Shown piece after piece: positions 39,479-52,336 of a stretch of 64,000 bases of DNA. Source of the stretch: Lytechinus pictus (taxonomy: Eukaryota); assembly GCF_037042905.1 (NCBI RefSeq), contig NC_087251.1, forward strand, positions 7,628,001-7,692,000. The letters are read 5' to 3'. The notes under the pieces were generated by a model. It made no database searches. It saw only the letters and a list, made by a program, of their open reading frames with translations, and was not told the DNA's origin. Position 1 is the first letter of the stretch. Each line of letters starts with the position of its first letter. A program made the position numbers and the translations under genes.

Positions 39479-39745
39479 GTGAAATTCAGGTACTGTATAC
39501 TTTATGGCTCCGGAGTCAGCATTCACGATATGGCCGCAAGCAAGTTTGTAAATTTGATATTCGGTCGAGATCGAGTTTCGTCTAGATCTAAACCTAGGCC
39601 TACACAAATTTCAATAGATGGGACACTAATTAACATTTATTTAGGCTATTCCGGCCGGCAGCCTCACTATTCCTAACTTAGTAGTATGGTTCAATGTCTA
39701 AAGTAAATCAGGAAACAAGATCCAAAATATATTATGTAAGGATAC

Positions 39746-39803
39746 ATTCTTTCGTTAGAAGATCGCTGCCTCTTGATGATTGCACCAGAATCTGATAAAA
39801 CAT
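39746..39803 (-). CDS. AP4M1: AP-4 complex subunit mu, exon 1 (MFYQILVQSSRGSDLLTKE-Y; a second in-frame ATG at 39806)
   Basis: Translation resembles the mu-adaptin N-terminus (xxQFFILSSKGDxLIxKDF pattern). 58 nt, phase 1, followed by donor GTATCCTTAC. Joins exon 2 in frame (T+AT = Tyr). Confidence 0.85.
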
Positions 39804-40607
39804 CATTTACTTCTTAGAGTTAGACCTGTCTTTTCTAATTCTATTATAGTTTTTGATCGGACGTCAACGCGATGTCTAATAAGACAAATCAAAAAGGAAA
39901 AAAATATATACTTGAATCTCAGAATCTCGATAGCGATAGGCGGATGGGGGGGGGGGGGCGAAACTATAGAAAAAAAAGTTTCTTCTTATTCTTCTTGCTT
40001 TTCTGCAATAATCTTCAAAGGGTTCTGCAGCCTATCTTGAAGATAGAGATTTCAGTCTCTGTCTCTCTATAAAAACAAAAAATCTCGACGCACGTGATCG
40101 ATTTAAACCTTTCCTGTGATATAAATGGCACGGTCTGGGGGAGGGAACTTAAAATCAATCTTAAATTACATAAGGTTCATTCCTGGACACATGATCTTCC
40201 GTTCCTCTATGCCCAGCTCTTGGTGATATACAGTGACGTCTGAAGAATTGGCACGGTCTGGGGGAGGGAACTTAAAATCAATCTTAAATTCTGCATTACG
40301 CCACCACAAATCATTCCTCTTTTCAATATATCCCGCGCTAGACTCCGGCTAGACCTCAGGAAGATTATAAGTTACAGATTTTCCAGGTTAAAAATGATGA
40401 GATCTGAATACACTGAGCTAAACGCTGAAAACTTTATCAAAATCTGATGGAAAATATTAAATCATCTAATTTCAAAGTTCGGCAATATTTTGTGAAAACT
40501 GTTTCAGGTCTTAACGTACATGGCATATGCATGTTGCTGTTGATATCATATTCCGACTTCTTTTTCATATTTTACTTCATGAAATGAAAATTATTTAATA
40601 CGTTAAT

Positions 40608-40608
<1 letters not shown>

Positions 40609-40655
<47 letters not shown>

Positions 40656-40667
40656 GTGTGTGTGTGT
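40609..40667. repeat. (TG)n microsatellite
   Basis: Direct reading. Confidence 0.97.
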
Positions 40668-42643
40668 ATAAAGGTCTTCCTATCTCCATGGTTAGCAAAA
40701 TATATGTTTGAGTAGATCCAAAAAGAAAGAATATTTTGTTTGGGGTGTGGAAAAGGTTTTGTTTGTTTTATTTTGTTGATGTTGTGTTTTGTTTTGTTTT
40801 CGTGTGTGCTTTATATATGAAATCTTTATTCAGATTATTGTATACTTTCTAAGAATAAACATAGAGACTTTTTTTTCTGTATTGTCTTACAAAAGTTGGA
40901 GGAATGAATATACATGTATAAGTACTTTTTTTTATTATGGGATAACCTCTTCACTTAAAAAAGTCTGTACTTTTGATTTTTCATCATACAATACGGTATT
41001 ATTATACAGTAAATACATGTGAAATTACGAGGTTTTTGTTATTGGTATTATGGGTTATGATAATATTTGTTCGAAAAATTTATATCAAGATGTATATTAT
41101 TTCATTTGTTATATTGCTGTATAAGTGTACTTCACTTTAATTTGCATACATGTATTTGATTTATTACCCTTGTATATGAAAAATGTAATAGTGTCTGAAT
41201 AAAGGCTAAAAAAGCAAGAGAAAAAAAAAAAAAAAAAAAAGGCGAAACAAGTTTCAGCAATTATTATCTCACACAGCAAATCAGCAGTCAATTCATATTT
41301 TTACATTCTTGGAGGAAAAAATTAAAGAAACATAATTTAAAACATGCATAAAGGATGTGACATCATGAGCTCGCCCACTGCATATTCTTGTGGGCATGCA
41401 TAAAACTGTTTCACCGACTAAAAAAACAACTTTGAATTGTCATAGCATTTTGGGGGTCCTATTTCGATGAAATTTATTTGGTGTTGCCTGATTTTTCTCT
41501 ATCTGTTCAAATCATATAGGCGGCGGAAGCCGGGAAAGAGAGGACACGACAAACTAGAAAGAGAAATAAAGAAAGAAAGAAAGAAAGAGGAAAGGGAAAA
41601 AGAAAGAACTAGAACTTGAACCGAAAACTAGCAGCTTTGACTTTGAAAGTAAAATACACCAAATTTTAAACTCGCGTGCTGTACAGTACTCCTACGAATT
41701 TAGTCAGAAAAGAAAGGCAAGCAAAAACAAAAAAAACTAAACAAAGATGTTAATGCAAAGCACGGACAATATTTGATACAGATCTGAAAATGGAACACTT
41801 CAAGAATTAATTGTTTGTGGGAATTATGCGTATATCGCTAATCAAAGTAGCGCGAGCATGATATTTTGTTATTCAGCACTTTTTTGTGTTATGAATACTA
41901 TGTCGCTCAAACAAAGTAACAAAAACTTGGATCGCGAGCAGAATAATGTGCAAATTGACTTGAAAACAGAATATAAGCCCTATATCACGCAAGAAAATCC
42001 GAGCGAATTTTTTAGTTAAATATAATGAGCTGAATTTTCAGTTGAATTAACTCTTTTTACTCATATCAATTTTCCTTTTCTTCCCTCCTTTATTATCCCC
42101 CGTTCTATTTTCCTTCCCCCTTCCCCCTTCCCCCTTCCCCCCCCCCCCTTGCGCCATTTTGGCACACTGCATGTATCCGCCTGTATGGATAATATACGTA
42201 CAACAAATTATGATCAAATAAGTATATAGACATATACGACTTGAATTATGTTTCAATTTTTCTTTTCTGTTAAATGTTCATGATAAAAAAAACTTGGGGT
42301 ATAAGGGGCCAGACACACTACCGGGGCCGTGGAACGGTTTTGATAGTGGGGGGGGGGGGCAAGCGCGAATCCAGCATCAGATCCTGCAAAGTATTTCATG
42401 GGCCCAATTTTCTGGGGACAATAGTGACTCTATTCCCTCTATTAATTATGCTCGTGCATGGGCCCATACATTTCTTTGTTATAGTTGATGCTGCCGGATA
42501 CGCTTGTGGAGGGGGGGGGGGGGGCTGACCATATGCAAAACATCATAATCAGATGGTCATTTTCTTTTGTGTACCGGCTAATTTGGAAAAAAAGGGGAGA
42601 GGGGGCTGAAGCCCCTCCTTAGCCCCCGGTTCCGCGGCCCCTG

Positions 42644-43048
42644 CACAAAATTCTTTCTAAAGTCCTTTCAACACAAGTAAAGGATGTTTTGGATGAAATA
42701 ATTTCACCAGATCAAGTTGGTTATATGGAAAATAGAAATATAGGTGAAGCCATAAACAGTGATGTTATATGCCATGCCTCTAATTATAATATACCTGTTT
42801 TTGTTTAGTTGCCATTGATTTCGAAAAAGCTTTCGATCAGTTTCGCATGTATTTTTACAAAATGTATTGTATTCATTCGACTTTGGTCCATCTTTTCGTA
42901 AATGGGTTAATATTATGTACACTAACACCCTTAGTTGTGTTACGAACATGATGAATAGAGGATATTTAACTGGTTACTTCAATGTCGATAGGGGAGTAAA
43001 ACATGGAGATCCATTATCTCCCTATTTGTTTATTATTTGTATTTAAAC
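42644..43048 (+). mobile_element. L1/Tx1-like LINE reverse transcriptase fragment (duplicated copy)
   Basis: Translates to KILSKVL..IISPDQVGY..NRNI, DFEKAF, FGPSFRKWV, RGVKHGDPLSPYLF, with frameshifts. Confidence 0.85.
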
Positions 43049-46044
43049 CACTGGCGTAAATCCGTGTTGATGGGTGGGGGGGATGACTGAAATATTTTGG
43101 CATTTTTTTGCAATCATGTTTTAGATATGCAAGGAATTGTCATTGATATGTCCACAGTGGCGTACCGTGGGTCGCGGCATTGGGGGGCACCAGCAAAAAT
43201 TTTAAATCACTGAGTGAGTGCGCTAGTGAGCGCGCGAAGCGCGCTCAGTTGCCAGTTATACTGACCAAATAGAGACATTTTAAGGACAATGTCATTAAAC
43301 GGATATGTATCTCACTGATCAAATAATGCGAGCGCGAAGCGCGAGCTGAAATTTTTTCATATTCACCCTAAAAAGGGACATTATAATCAAATTTGTGTAA
43401 TTATGATAGGTACCTGTCTCGCTAAACAATGCGAACGCGAAGCGCGAGCTGAAAATTTAGATAATTCAGACCTGAAGTGGGGCATTTAAGGTTTCTTTGT
43501 AGGAATTAACTAGGACCATACGTATTTCATTAACCAAATGATGCGAGCGCGAAGCGCGAGCTGAAAATTTTTGATATTCAGATCAGAAGAAGGGACATTT
43601 TAAGGACTGATTTGGGGAAATAAATGCTGAATTGAAATTGAAATTGAATTCATGAAGAGCAGACATATCTCACCAATCCACTAATGCGAACGTAATCACG
43701 GACAGGAAATGTTTCATATATACGAAGACCTTAACATGGGGCAATCACTTTTTGAGACATGAAAAAGAAGCATATATGTCACTACATAAAACAATGATAA
43801 CTCAAGTGCTAGGAAACATATTTGGTTTGTATTGACTTGAAAACGGGATGTTTTAGTACAACAGGATTATATATCTCGTTAAACAGACAGTGCGAGCACC
43901 AGGAACAATGAAGACGTAGGCCCTGGGCAAATCATAAAGTTATGATAAAAAATTTTCTTATGTAATGTAACATAACATAATTATAAATATAATATAATAT
44001 TATAATGATGAATAATATTTTCTTCTTTCACTATGTTTCTCTTCCTTTCTCCCTCTTTTCTCCTTTTCCCCCTTTCCCCGTTTTTTTTCTGGTCAGCCGA
44101 TGGGGGGGGGGATGTGCCCCCATGTCCCCCGTAGTTGCGCCACTGTATGTCCATATGGCAAATTTGATTTATTACCCTTGTATATGAAAAATGTAATAGT
44201 GTCTGAATAAAGGCTAAAAAAGCAAGAGAAAAAAAAAAAAAAAAAAAGGCGAAACAAGTTTCAGCAATTATTATCTCACACAGCAAATCAGCAGTCAATT
44301 CATATTTTTACATTCTTGGAGGAAAAAATTAAAGAAACATAATTTAAAACATGCATAAAGGATGTGACATCATGAGCTCGCCCACTGCATATTCTTGTGG
44401 GCATGCATAAAACTGTTTCACCGACTAAAAAAACAACTTTGAATTGTCATAGCATTTTGGGGGTCCTATTTCGATGAAATTTATTTGGTGTTGCCTGATT
44501 TTTCTCTATCTGTTCAAATCATATAGGCGGCGGAAGCCGGGAAAGAGAGGACACGACAAACTAAAAAGAGAAATAAAGAAAGAAAGAAAGAAAGAGGAAA
44601 GGGAAAAAGAAAGAACTAGAACTTGAACCGAAAACTAGCAGCTTTGACTTTGAAAGTAAAATACACCAAATTTTAAACTCGCGTGCTGTACAGTACTCCT
44701 ACGAATTTAGTCAGAAAAGAAAGGCAAGCAAAAAAAAAAAAAAAACTAAACAAAGATGTTAATGCAAAGCACGGACAATATTTGATACAGATCTGAAATG
44801 GAACACTTCAAGAATTAATTGTTTGTGGGAATTATGCGTATATCGCTAATCAAAGTAGCGCGAGCATGATATTTTGTTATTCAGCACTTTTTTGTGTTAT
44901 GAATACTATGTCGCTCAAACAAAGTAACAAAAACTTGGATCGCGAGCAGAATAATGTGCAAATTGACTTGAAAACAGAATATAAGCCCTATATCACGCAA
45001 GAAAATCCGAGCGAATTTTTTAGTTAAATATAATGAGCTGAATTTTCAGTTGAATTAACTCTTTTTACTCATATCAATTTTCCTTTTCTTCCCTCCTTTA
45101 TTATCCCCCGTTCTATTTTCCTTCCCCCTTCCCCCCCCCCCCCCCCCTTGCGCCATTTTGGCACACTGCATGTATCCGCCTGTATGGATAATATACGTAC
45201 AACAAATTATGATCAAATAAGTATATAGACATATACGACTTGAATTATGTTTCAATTTTTCTTTTCTGTTAAATGTTCATGATAAAAAAAACTTGGGGTA
45301 TAAGGGGCCAGACACACTACCGGGGCCGTGGAACGGTTTTGATAGTGGGGGGGGGGCAAGCGCGAATCCAGCATCAGATCCTGCAAAGTATTTCATGGGC
45401 CCAATTTTCTGGGGACAATAGTGACTCTATTCCCTCTATTAATTATGCTCGTGCATGGGCCCATACATTTCTTTGTTATAGTTGATGCTGCCGGATACGC
45501 TTGTGGAGGGGGGGGGGGGGCTGACCATATGCAAAACATCATAATCAGATGGTCATTTTCTTTTGTGTACCGGCTAATTTGGAAAAAAAGGGGAGAGGGG
45601 GCTGAAGCCCCTCCTTAGCCCCCGGTTCCGCGGCCCCTGCACAAAATTCTTTCTAAAGTCCTTTCAACACAAGTAAAGGATGTTTTGGATGAAATAATTT
45701 CACCAGATCAAGTTGGTTATATGGAAAATAGAAATATAGGTGAAGCCATAAACAGTGATGTTATATGCCATGCCTCTAATTATAATATACCTGTTTTTGT
45801 TTAGTTGCCATTGATTTCGAAAAAGCTTTCGATCAGTTTCGCATGTATTTTTACAAAATGTATTGTATTCATTCGACTTTGGTCCATCTTTTCGTAAATG
45901 GGTTAATATTATGTACACTAACACCCTTAGTTGTGTTACGAACATGATGAATAGAGGATATTTAACTGGTTACTTCAATGTCGATAGGGGAGTAAAACAT
46001 GGAGATCCATTATCTCCCTATTTGTTTATTATTTGTATTTAAAC

Positions 46045-47536
46045 CACTGGCGTAAATCCGTGTTGATGGGTGGGGGGATGACTGAAATATTTTGGCATTT
46101 TTTTGCAATCATGTTTTAGATATGCAAGGAATTGTCATTGATATGTCCACAGTGGCGTACCGTGGGTCGCGGCATTGGGGGGCACCAGCAAAAATTTTAA
46201 ATCACTGAGTGAGTGCGCTAGTGAGCGCGCGAAGCGCGCTCAGTTGCCAGTTATACTGACCAAATAGAGACATTTTAAGGACAATGTCATTAAACGGATA
46301 TGTATCTCACTGATCAAATAATGCGAGCGCGAAGCGCGAGCTGAAATTTTTTCATATTCACACCTAAAAAGGGACATTATAATCAAATTTGTGTAATTAT
46401 GATAGGTACCTGTCTCGCTAAACAATGCGAACGCGAAGCGCGAGCTGAAAATTTAGATAATTCAGACCTGAAGTGGGGCATTTAAGGTTTCTTTGTAGGA
46501 ATTAACTAGGACCATACGTATTTCATTAACCAAATGATGCGAGCGCGAAGCGCGAGCTGAAAATTTTTGATATTCAGATCAGAAGAAGGGACATTTTAAG
46601 GACTGATTTGGGGAATTCATGAAGAGCAGACATATCTCACCAATCCACTAATGCGAACGTAATCACGGACAGGAAATGTTTCATATATACGAAGACCTTA
46701 ACATGGGGCAATCACTTTTTGAGACATGAAAAAGAAGCATATATGTCACTACATAAAACAATGATAACTCAAGTGCTAGGAAACATATTTGGTTTGTATT
46801 GACTTGAAAACGGGATGTTTTAGTACAACAGGATTATATATCTCGCTAAACAGACAGTGCGAGCACCAGGAACAATGAAGACGTAGGCCCTGGGCAAATC
46901 ATAAAGTTATGATAAAAAAATTTCTTATGTAATGTAACATAACATAATTATAAATATAATATAATATTATAATGATGAATAATATTTTCTTCTTTCACTA
47001 TGTTTCTCTTCCTTTCTCCCTCTTTTCTCCTTTTCCCCCTTTCCCCGTTTTTTTTCTGGTCAGCCGATGGGGGGGGGGGGGATGTGCCCCCATGTCCCCC
47101 GTAGTTACGCCACTGTATGTCCATATGGCAAATACCCCTCCAATATTATTATCTTTTTTACCCCATGATTGTTTAATGGTTTTATTAGAGATTACATTCA
47201 TATTTTTTTGACATTCCATCTTAATCCCTTCCAAAGACCCTAACATTGATGAATTGGAAGAAACGGGGTTTCTCTTCAATGTTATAATAAGGACATAAGT
47301 ATTTCGTTTGGAAATGGTGAATGGCTTTTTATTTGCATTTTATGATTCAATAATATTGTTTTATTTGTTAAGCGGTATTTTAGGAAGAATTTTCACCAAT
47401 AAAACAATTATCTCTTGTGATTTTTTTTTCATTTCTTTCGTAAAAAGTGGGGGGATGTTTGTACAGGCCATCCCCCCCCCCTCCTCGAAAAGTGGGGGGA
47501 ATATATCCCCCCATCCCCCCGGGATTTACGCCAGTG
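46045..47536. mobile_element. hAT-like MITE inserted in the LINE RT
   Basis: TIRs CACTGGCGTAAATCC / GGATTTACGCCAGTG, 8-bp flanks ATTTAAAC / ATTGAAAC. Confidence 0.8.
46150..47115. mobile_element. Nested hAT-like CAGTGGCGTA element (duplicate at 43155-44145)
   Basis: CAGTGGCGTA / TACGCCACTG TIRs, perfect 8-bp duplication TATGTCCA, internal GCGAGCGCGAAGCGCGAGCTG repeats. Confidence 0.85.
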
Positions 47537-49462
47537 ATTGAAACACTCTCTCATGTGATTCGAAATGATAATTTAGTTGTGGGTTTACACTTTGGACACA
47601 CAGAAGTGAAACAAGTTCTTTATGCAAATGACATTACACTTTTTGTTAAAAATCTTAGTGCCATGAACCGTTTATAAATAATTTTTGAAAGTTTTGCAAG
47701 TGTATCTGAATTAAAAATGAATAAAGAAAAGACTTTTGTAATGTTACTAGGCAATGCTAATCAAGAAAAACCGGGAGCATCCCCATTCGGACAAGTAGTA
47801 TTTATAAAAATATTAAGATTATATTTTAGCTTACACATTCATGTACAAGAATTAAGGAATTTTGAGCAAAATCAAAAACTCCCTCTCGTGGTGGAAACAA
47901 AGAGATTTAACGGTAATGGGTAAAATACAATTGTTAAAAACTTTCATACACTCTAAGTTAATATTTATAACGCCATTCAATCCAATTCGATATTTCAGGA
48001 ACTTGATAAATTGATCTGTGACTTGTTATGGAGAGGAAAGGATAAAGATAGGCGAACTACGATGTTTCTTGATTACAAATATGCATGGGGACTTAAAATG
48101 ATGAGTTTTGAATAGTTTGTCAAAGTTTAGATAATCATGTGGGTTTAAAAGATTATTAATTGGGAACCAACAAATTAAATGGAAATTATATTTCGATTAT
48201 GGTTCTCAACATCTCGGAGGAAAATTCATTTTTTCTCTGTAAATATGATATTCGACAGTTAAAACTGTCTTTATCGCCATTTTATTGAGAGCTATTGAAA
48301 GGGTTCGCGCCGACGACCACACAACACAGACACGAGGGCTGAGGTTTCTTCAGTTCTTTTATTGACCAACCCAAAAAACAGCCTCGGTCAGAACACTAAT
48401 TCCGCATTTGCTTCAACATCTTCAGACTACTGTATATTGAACATGAAGGGAAGTCCTCGCAGAAATCTTCTATACTTCAAAATTAAACTTTCTTCTGCAG
48501 GAACAAGTATCCTCCTCAACAACAAACAGTGGGAATGCCCTTGCTACTGCCAGTGTCATGAGTCACTAGACTCTCTCCTTAGCTAACAATAAAAGTGCAA
48601 TGGTGCACATCAAAGTACAAAAGCATCCCTAAAGAGGGGGTACATGAATTGGCATTACTGCTACTCCTAAAAAGGCGGGAAAGAATTAGCCAATGAGCAG
48701 AGAGGGAAAGAGTAAGGCAAAGTTGGTATACCTACAGAGAGGGAGAAAGAGTACTGTGAAGAAAACCCCTTTTCGTTAAAAGAAAGATCTAATCTTCAAA
48801 ATAAAGATTTAGATTTCCCCATATTTCATTTGTTAAATATTGAGCTTTGTTTGTTTACATCACGTAACTGAACGCCAGTATAGTCATTGAATGCCGGCGA
48901 TCAGCTGTTTTTACTACGTGAACTGTGACCTGAATTCCGGAGAGAGACTGGTGAATTTACTTGGATTAATTGCTAGTGTGCGCGCATACGTGTTAGCGCA
49001 GAGGAATTGGTATATTTCTGCTGAGTCACGCCATATTCACGTAGAGCCAGCAGTATGATCTATTTATGGGACCGGTATGGTCTGTTATGAAATTTTATGA
49101 GCGTTTAAATAGCTCTAAGTAAAAATTTGAATCTTACCTTTTGTGTAGATTCTCTGGAAGTTGATGACAGCATTAATTTATTGCTGGAATTTCTTCATTC
49201 ATGTTTGGATACTGTTATTTTCCTTTATTCTGAGACAATTACCGCCAGGATTTTGAACTCTTCCTTGGATCTAAAGCTCTGATGCGCGCATACGCGCACA
49301 GACGCGCTATCATTGGTATTTTAAAGTATTGAATTTGCATAGCATCCCGCTGCGTAATGTTTATGTGAAGAGAGTGGTTTTTAAAGCACTAAAATTACAT
49401 AACAACCCGCCGCGTAATGCAATGAGCTCAGAAATTGCCAAAATCCTGGGGGGCCAAAAGTC

Positions 49463-49470
49463 TATAAATA
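49463..49470 (+). promoter_or_regulatory. Candidate LTR TATA box (copy at ~59405)
   Basis: TATAAATA followed by G-rich then pyrimidine-rich sequence, ~700 bp into the LTR. Confidence 0.5.
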
Positions 49471-50301
49471 GGGGAGGTTTGAGGAGTTTGTCATATCGTC
49501 TGGAAGCTCTCTTGAGTTAAGTTAGCTCTCCTAGTCAATTCACATTCACTCTCTCGAGAATTCTCGTTCTCTGTTTCTCTTTCTACATTGTACATTCTTC
49601 TGTGAGTACATTACGTCATAATATGACACTTAGATTCATTCAGGGAATTCAGCGAGATTAATGATGAATTTTAGCTAGGAATTTGAAATCATTCGTCACC
49701 TTTTTGGGATTAGTGACGATTTTTGGCAACCAATACTCTGTTGTATTTCTTAAGTTATAGTCAGCTTGGATTTATCAGCTGTTCACAGAAACTGGGCAGC
49801 TATTGTTATTCTTAAGCAGACTTTGATTCATTTGTCAAGTCTACTAATTGTTTGATAGATATCTAGAGAAGATATGAAAGCATTTATTGGTGCTTATTTG
49901 TGTTCTTTTTGACATGAACACAGATGTTTGGAGCAGATAGGAATTAATTGATGGTCACAATAGTGAACATGAATGCTGACTGTTAATTTATCTTTCTGGA
50001 ATCTCCTGAATGGATATTTAATTACCTTATTTATGAAATTTGATAATTTATGCATTTTTATATTATGAATTTATTTCTGACTTGATGACAATATTTAGGC
50101 AGTCCTTTTAAGGACTCTTGACAGTCTGAATATTAAATCAAATTATCTAGTCAGAGAAATTAAATTACTGCATTGATAAAATTATTCTACCAACGTGGAA
50201 AAGGCTAGTGTCAGATTTTCAATCTCTAAATAGAGATTATCTTTTTGGTCAGTAACATTTGACATAAAACTGTCAAGTTGTTCTGGAATGTGTGTTGTTT
50301 T

Positions 50302-51955
50302 CAGCGGCGTAACAGGGGTCGGTGGCCAGGGGGGGCAAGAGCCCAAAATTTCCCGGTCATATAATATGGTATGAACATGCAGGTGTAATGGTGTAATGAG
50401 GCGACTATTTTGAGAAGGCCAGATATTGCGTATTGGGCAGAATTTATCTTTAAAAAAGTTGCGAGCGAGCGGAGCGAGCGAGCAAAAATTTTGACCTTTT
50501 TAATACAAAAATCCAATTTTGTGATAGATTTTGACATGATATCCAGCTATAGAGAATAAGATATTTCACTCTTCTTTGTGGCAGTAGCGTGAAGAGTAAA
50601 AAAAAACGAGGGGCGCAGTATAGCACGAGCTAAAAAGCTGCTTTATAAAAGTCCAGAGCGAGCGCAGCGAGAAAAAAAATCACCTTTTCATGAAAATAAT
50701 AATACTAATAATAATACTTCTCTTATATAGCGCATAATAAACTGAAAATTTCTCTACGCGCTTTGCAATAAAGGAAACAAAATACACACACTGCAAACAA
50801 AGAAGAATCTAACTTAGCAATTTTTTAAAATTATATTCAGTAAATAAAATCATATTCTACACTTTTCCTTTGCTTTTCTTTCCTCCTTTTTTTGTTCTTG
50901 TTTGTAGAACTTTTTGGGACCATGGCCCAACCCTTCCATACGAAGTGCTGTGCGGTTGGGGTCCGGGGCGGATCCCCCGGAACTTCTAGATATCAAAGCC
51001 ATTTAAACCTCGCAGATTGCCGCTATTTTAATCAATTCGCGGGCATGTACAGGATATAGCTTTTACACTACACATTTATTCAACCAAGTAGCGTAATGAA
51101 CCAAATATTTTGAGGGGCAAAACATAGTAATGTGCATGGGAAAAATCTGTAAAACGTCGCCAGCGTGCAAAGCGCGAGCTGGAAAAAATTGCCTATTGAA
51201 ATTACATTCTAATTATGTTATACATTTTTCCATTTGCAGCAAATAACACATTTCAATGTTTCCATTCATTTCATTACACGTTGTCTCCTATAATTTCATT
51301 TATTTCCTCTTGGGTGTGGAACCAAGAACCCCCGCGCCTGTGCAGTGATTGAAAGTGATTGTGAACCGGGGGGGGGGGCGTTATAGAGCCATTTGAAGGT
51401 TATAAATGAAGAGCCCCTACTGCGTGGGGTCTGGGCAAAGCCCCGGTAGCTTATTTGCATAAAATTTAGCAAGCTTATAGCACAATGTTGTATGCAGTCC
51501 ATCTTTCTTCCCGCTCTTTAATTTCAGTCATCGGCAGCCCGATCGTGTTATTTTTTTTTTCTTGTCCCTTTTCTTTGTTTTCCAATTAAACATTAGCTTT
51601 TGACTAATTACATTCTACCTTTGTTTCCCGCTATTGCATGTATGCCATTTTGTCATCTTTTAATTTCTTTCCCACCGTACTATTGCATTACATAGGCCTA
51701 TTTCGGAATGATTTGTTCTTTCTCAAATGTTCTTCTTTCGTATATTTTCCCGCTTTCCTTCATTTTCTATTTAAAAAAGTTTTTTCTTCGCTTTCTTTTC
51801 ATTTTTTCCTTTCCCTTCCCTTTCCTCCTTTCCTTTTCCCCTTTTTCTTTCTCCCTCCTTTTTTTTTCTTTTTCCCGTTTTTCTTTTATTTTCCCGGTGA
51901 AATCCGCCAGGGGGGGCAACTTGCCCCCCCTGCCCCCCCGCCTGTTACGCCACTG
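50302..51955. mobile_element. hAT-like composite MITE inserted in the 5' LTR only
   Basis: TIRs CAGCGGCGTAACAGG / CCTGTTACGCCACTG and 8-bp duplication GTTGTTTT. The empty site is visible in the 3' LTR at ~60230. Confidence 0.92.
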
Positions 51956-52204
51956 GTTGTTTTGGTATCGCTTTGAATATTGATCTGACTTTGGGATTTT
52001 TTCCACATTGGTCGTTTAAAGGATATTTATTGATAGAGTCGTGAACTCAATTCTTATTTCAGGATTAATGACTGATTATTTATTTACATTTCTTACATCA
52101 TATACAAATAGGATCACACTAAACAAAGCTAGCCATCATGAGTGTTCGGATGTTAAGATCACGTGTAACTTAGGTGTCAAGCATGCTATTCCCGTAGTTG
52201 TTAA

Positions 52205-52336
52205 GATCAGAATACTTAATGTTATAAGCTCAGAATACTTAATGTTATACAGATCAGAATACTTAATGTTATACAGATCAGAATACTTAATGTTATACAG
52301 ATCAGAATACTTAATGTTATACAGATCAGAATACTA
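52205..52336. repeat. 24-bp tandem repeat inside the LTR, ~5.5 copies (also at ~60480-60611)
   Basis: Unit AGATCAGAATACTTAATGTTATAC. Confidence 0.92.

Larger units (their letters stand above)
26130..39745 (-). other. U12-type (minor spliceosome) GT-AG intron 1 of AP4M1, 13.6 kb
   Basis: Donor GTATCCTTAC at 39745-39736. Branch-point-like TTCTCTTAAT about 15-25 nt upstream of the acceptor AG at 26131-26130. Confidence 0.75.
41154..47131. repeat. ~3.0-kb near-identical tandem duplication (41154-44161 and 44162-47131)
   Basis: Sequence and ORF track repeat at an offset of ~3 kb. Differences are mainly homopolymer lengths and one ~27-bp indel near 43620. Confidence 0.95.
45640..48300 (+). mobile_element. 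Decayed L1/Tx1-like LINE ORF2, interrupted at 46045-47536
   Basis: GDPLSPYLFIICI resumes after the insertion as IETLSHVIR...LYANDITLF (YADD-like motif). Further ORF2-like remnants run to 48300. Confidence 0.85.
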
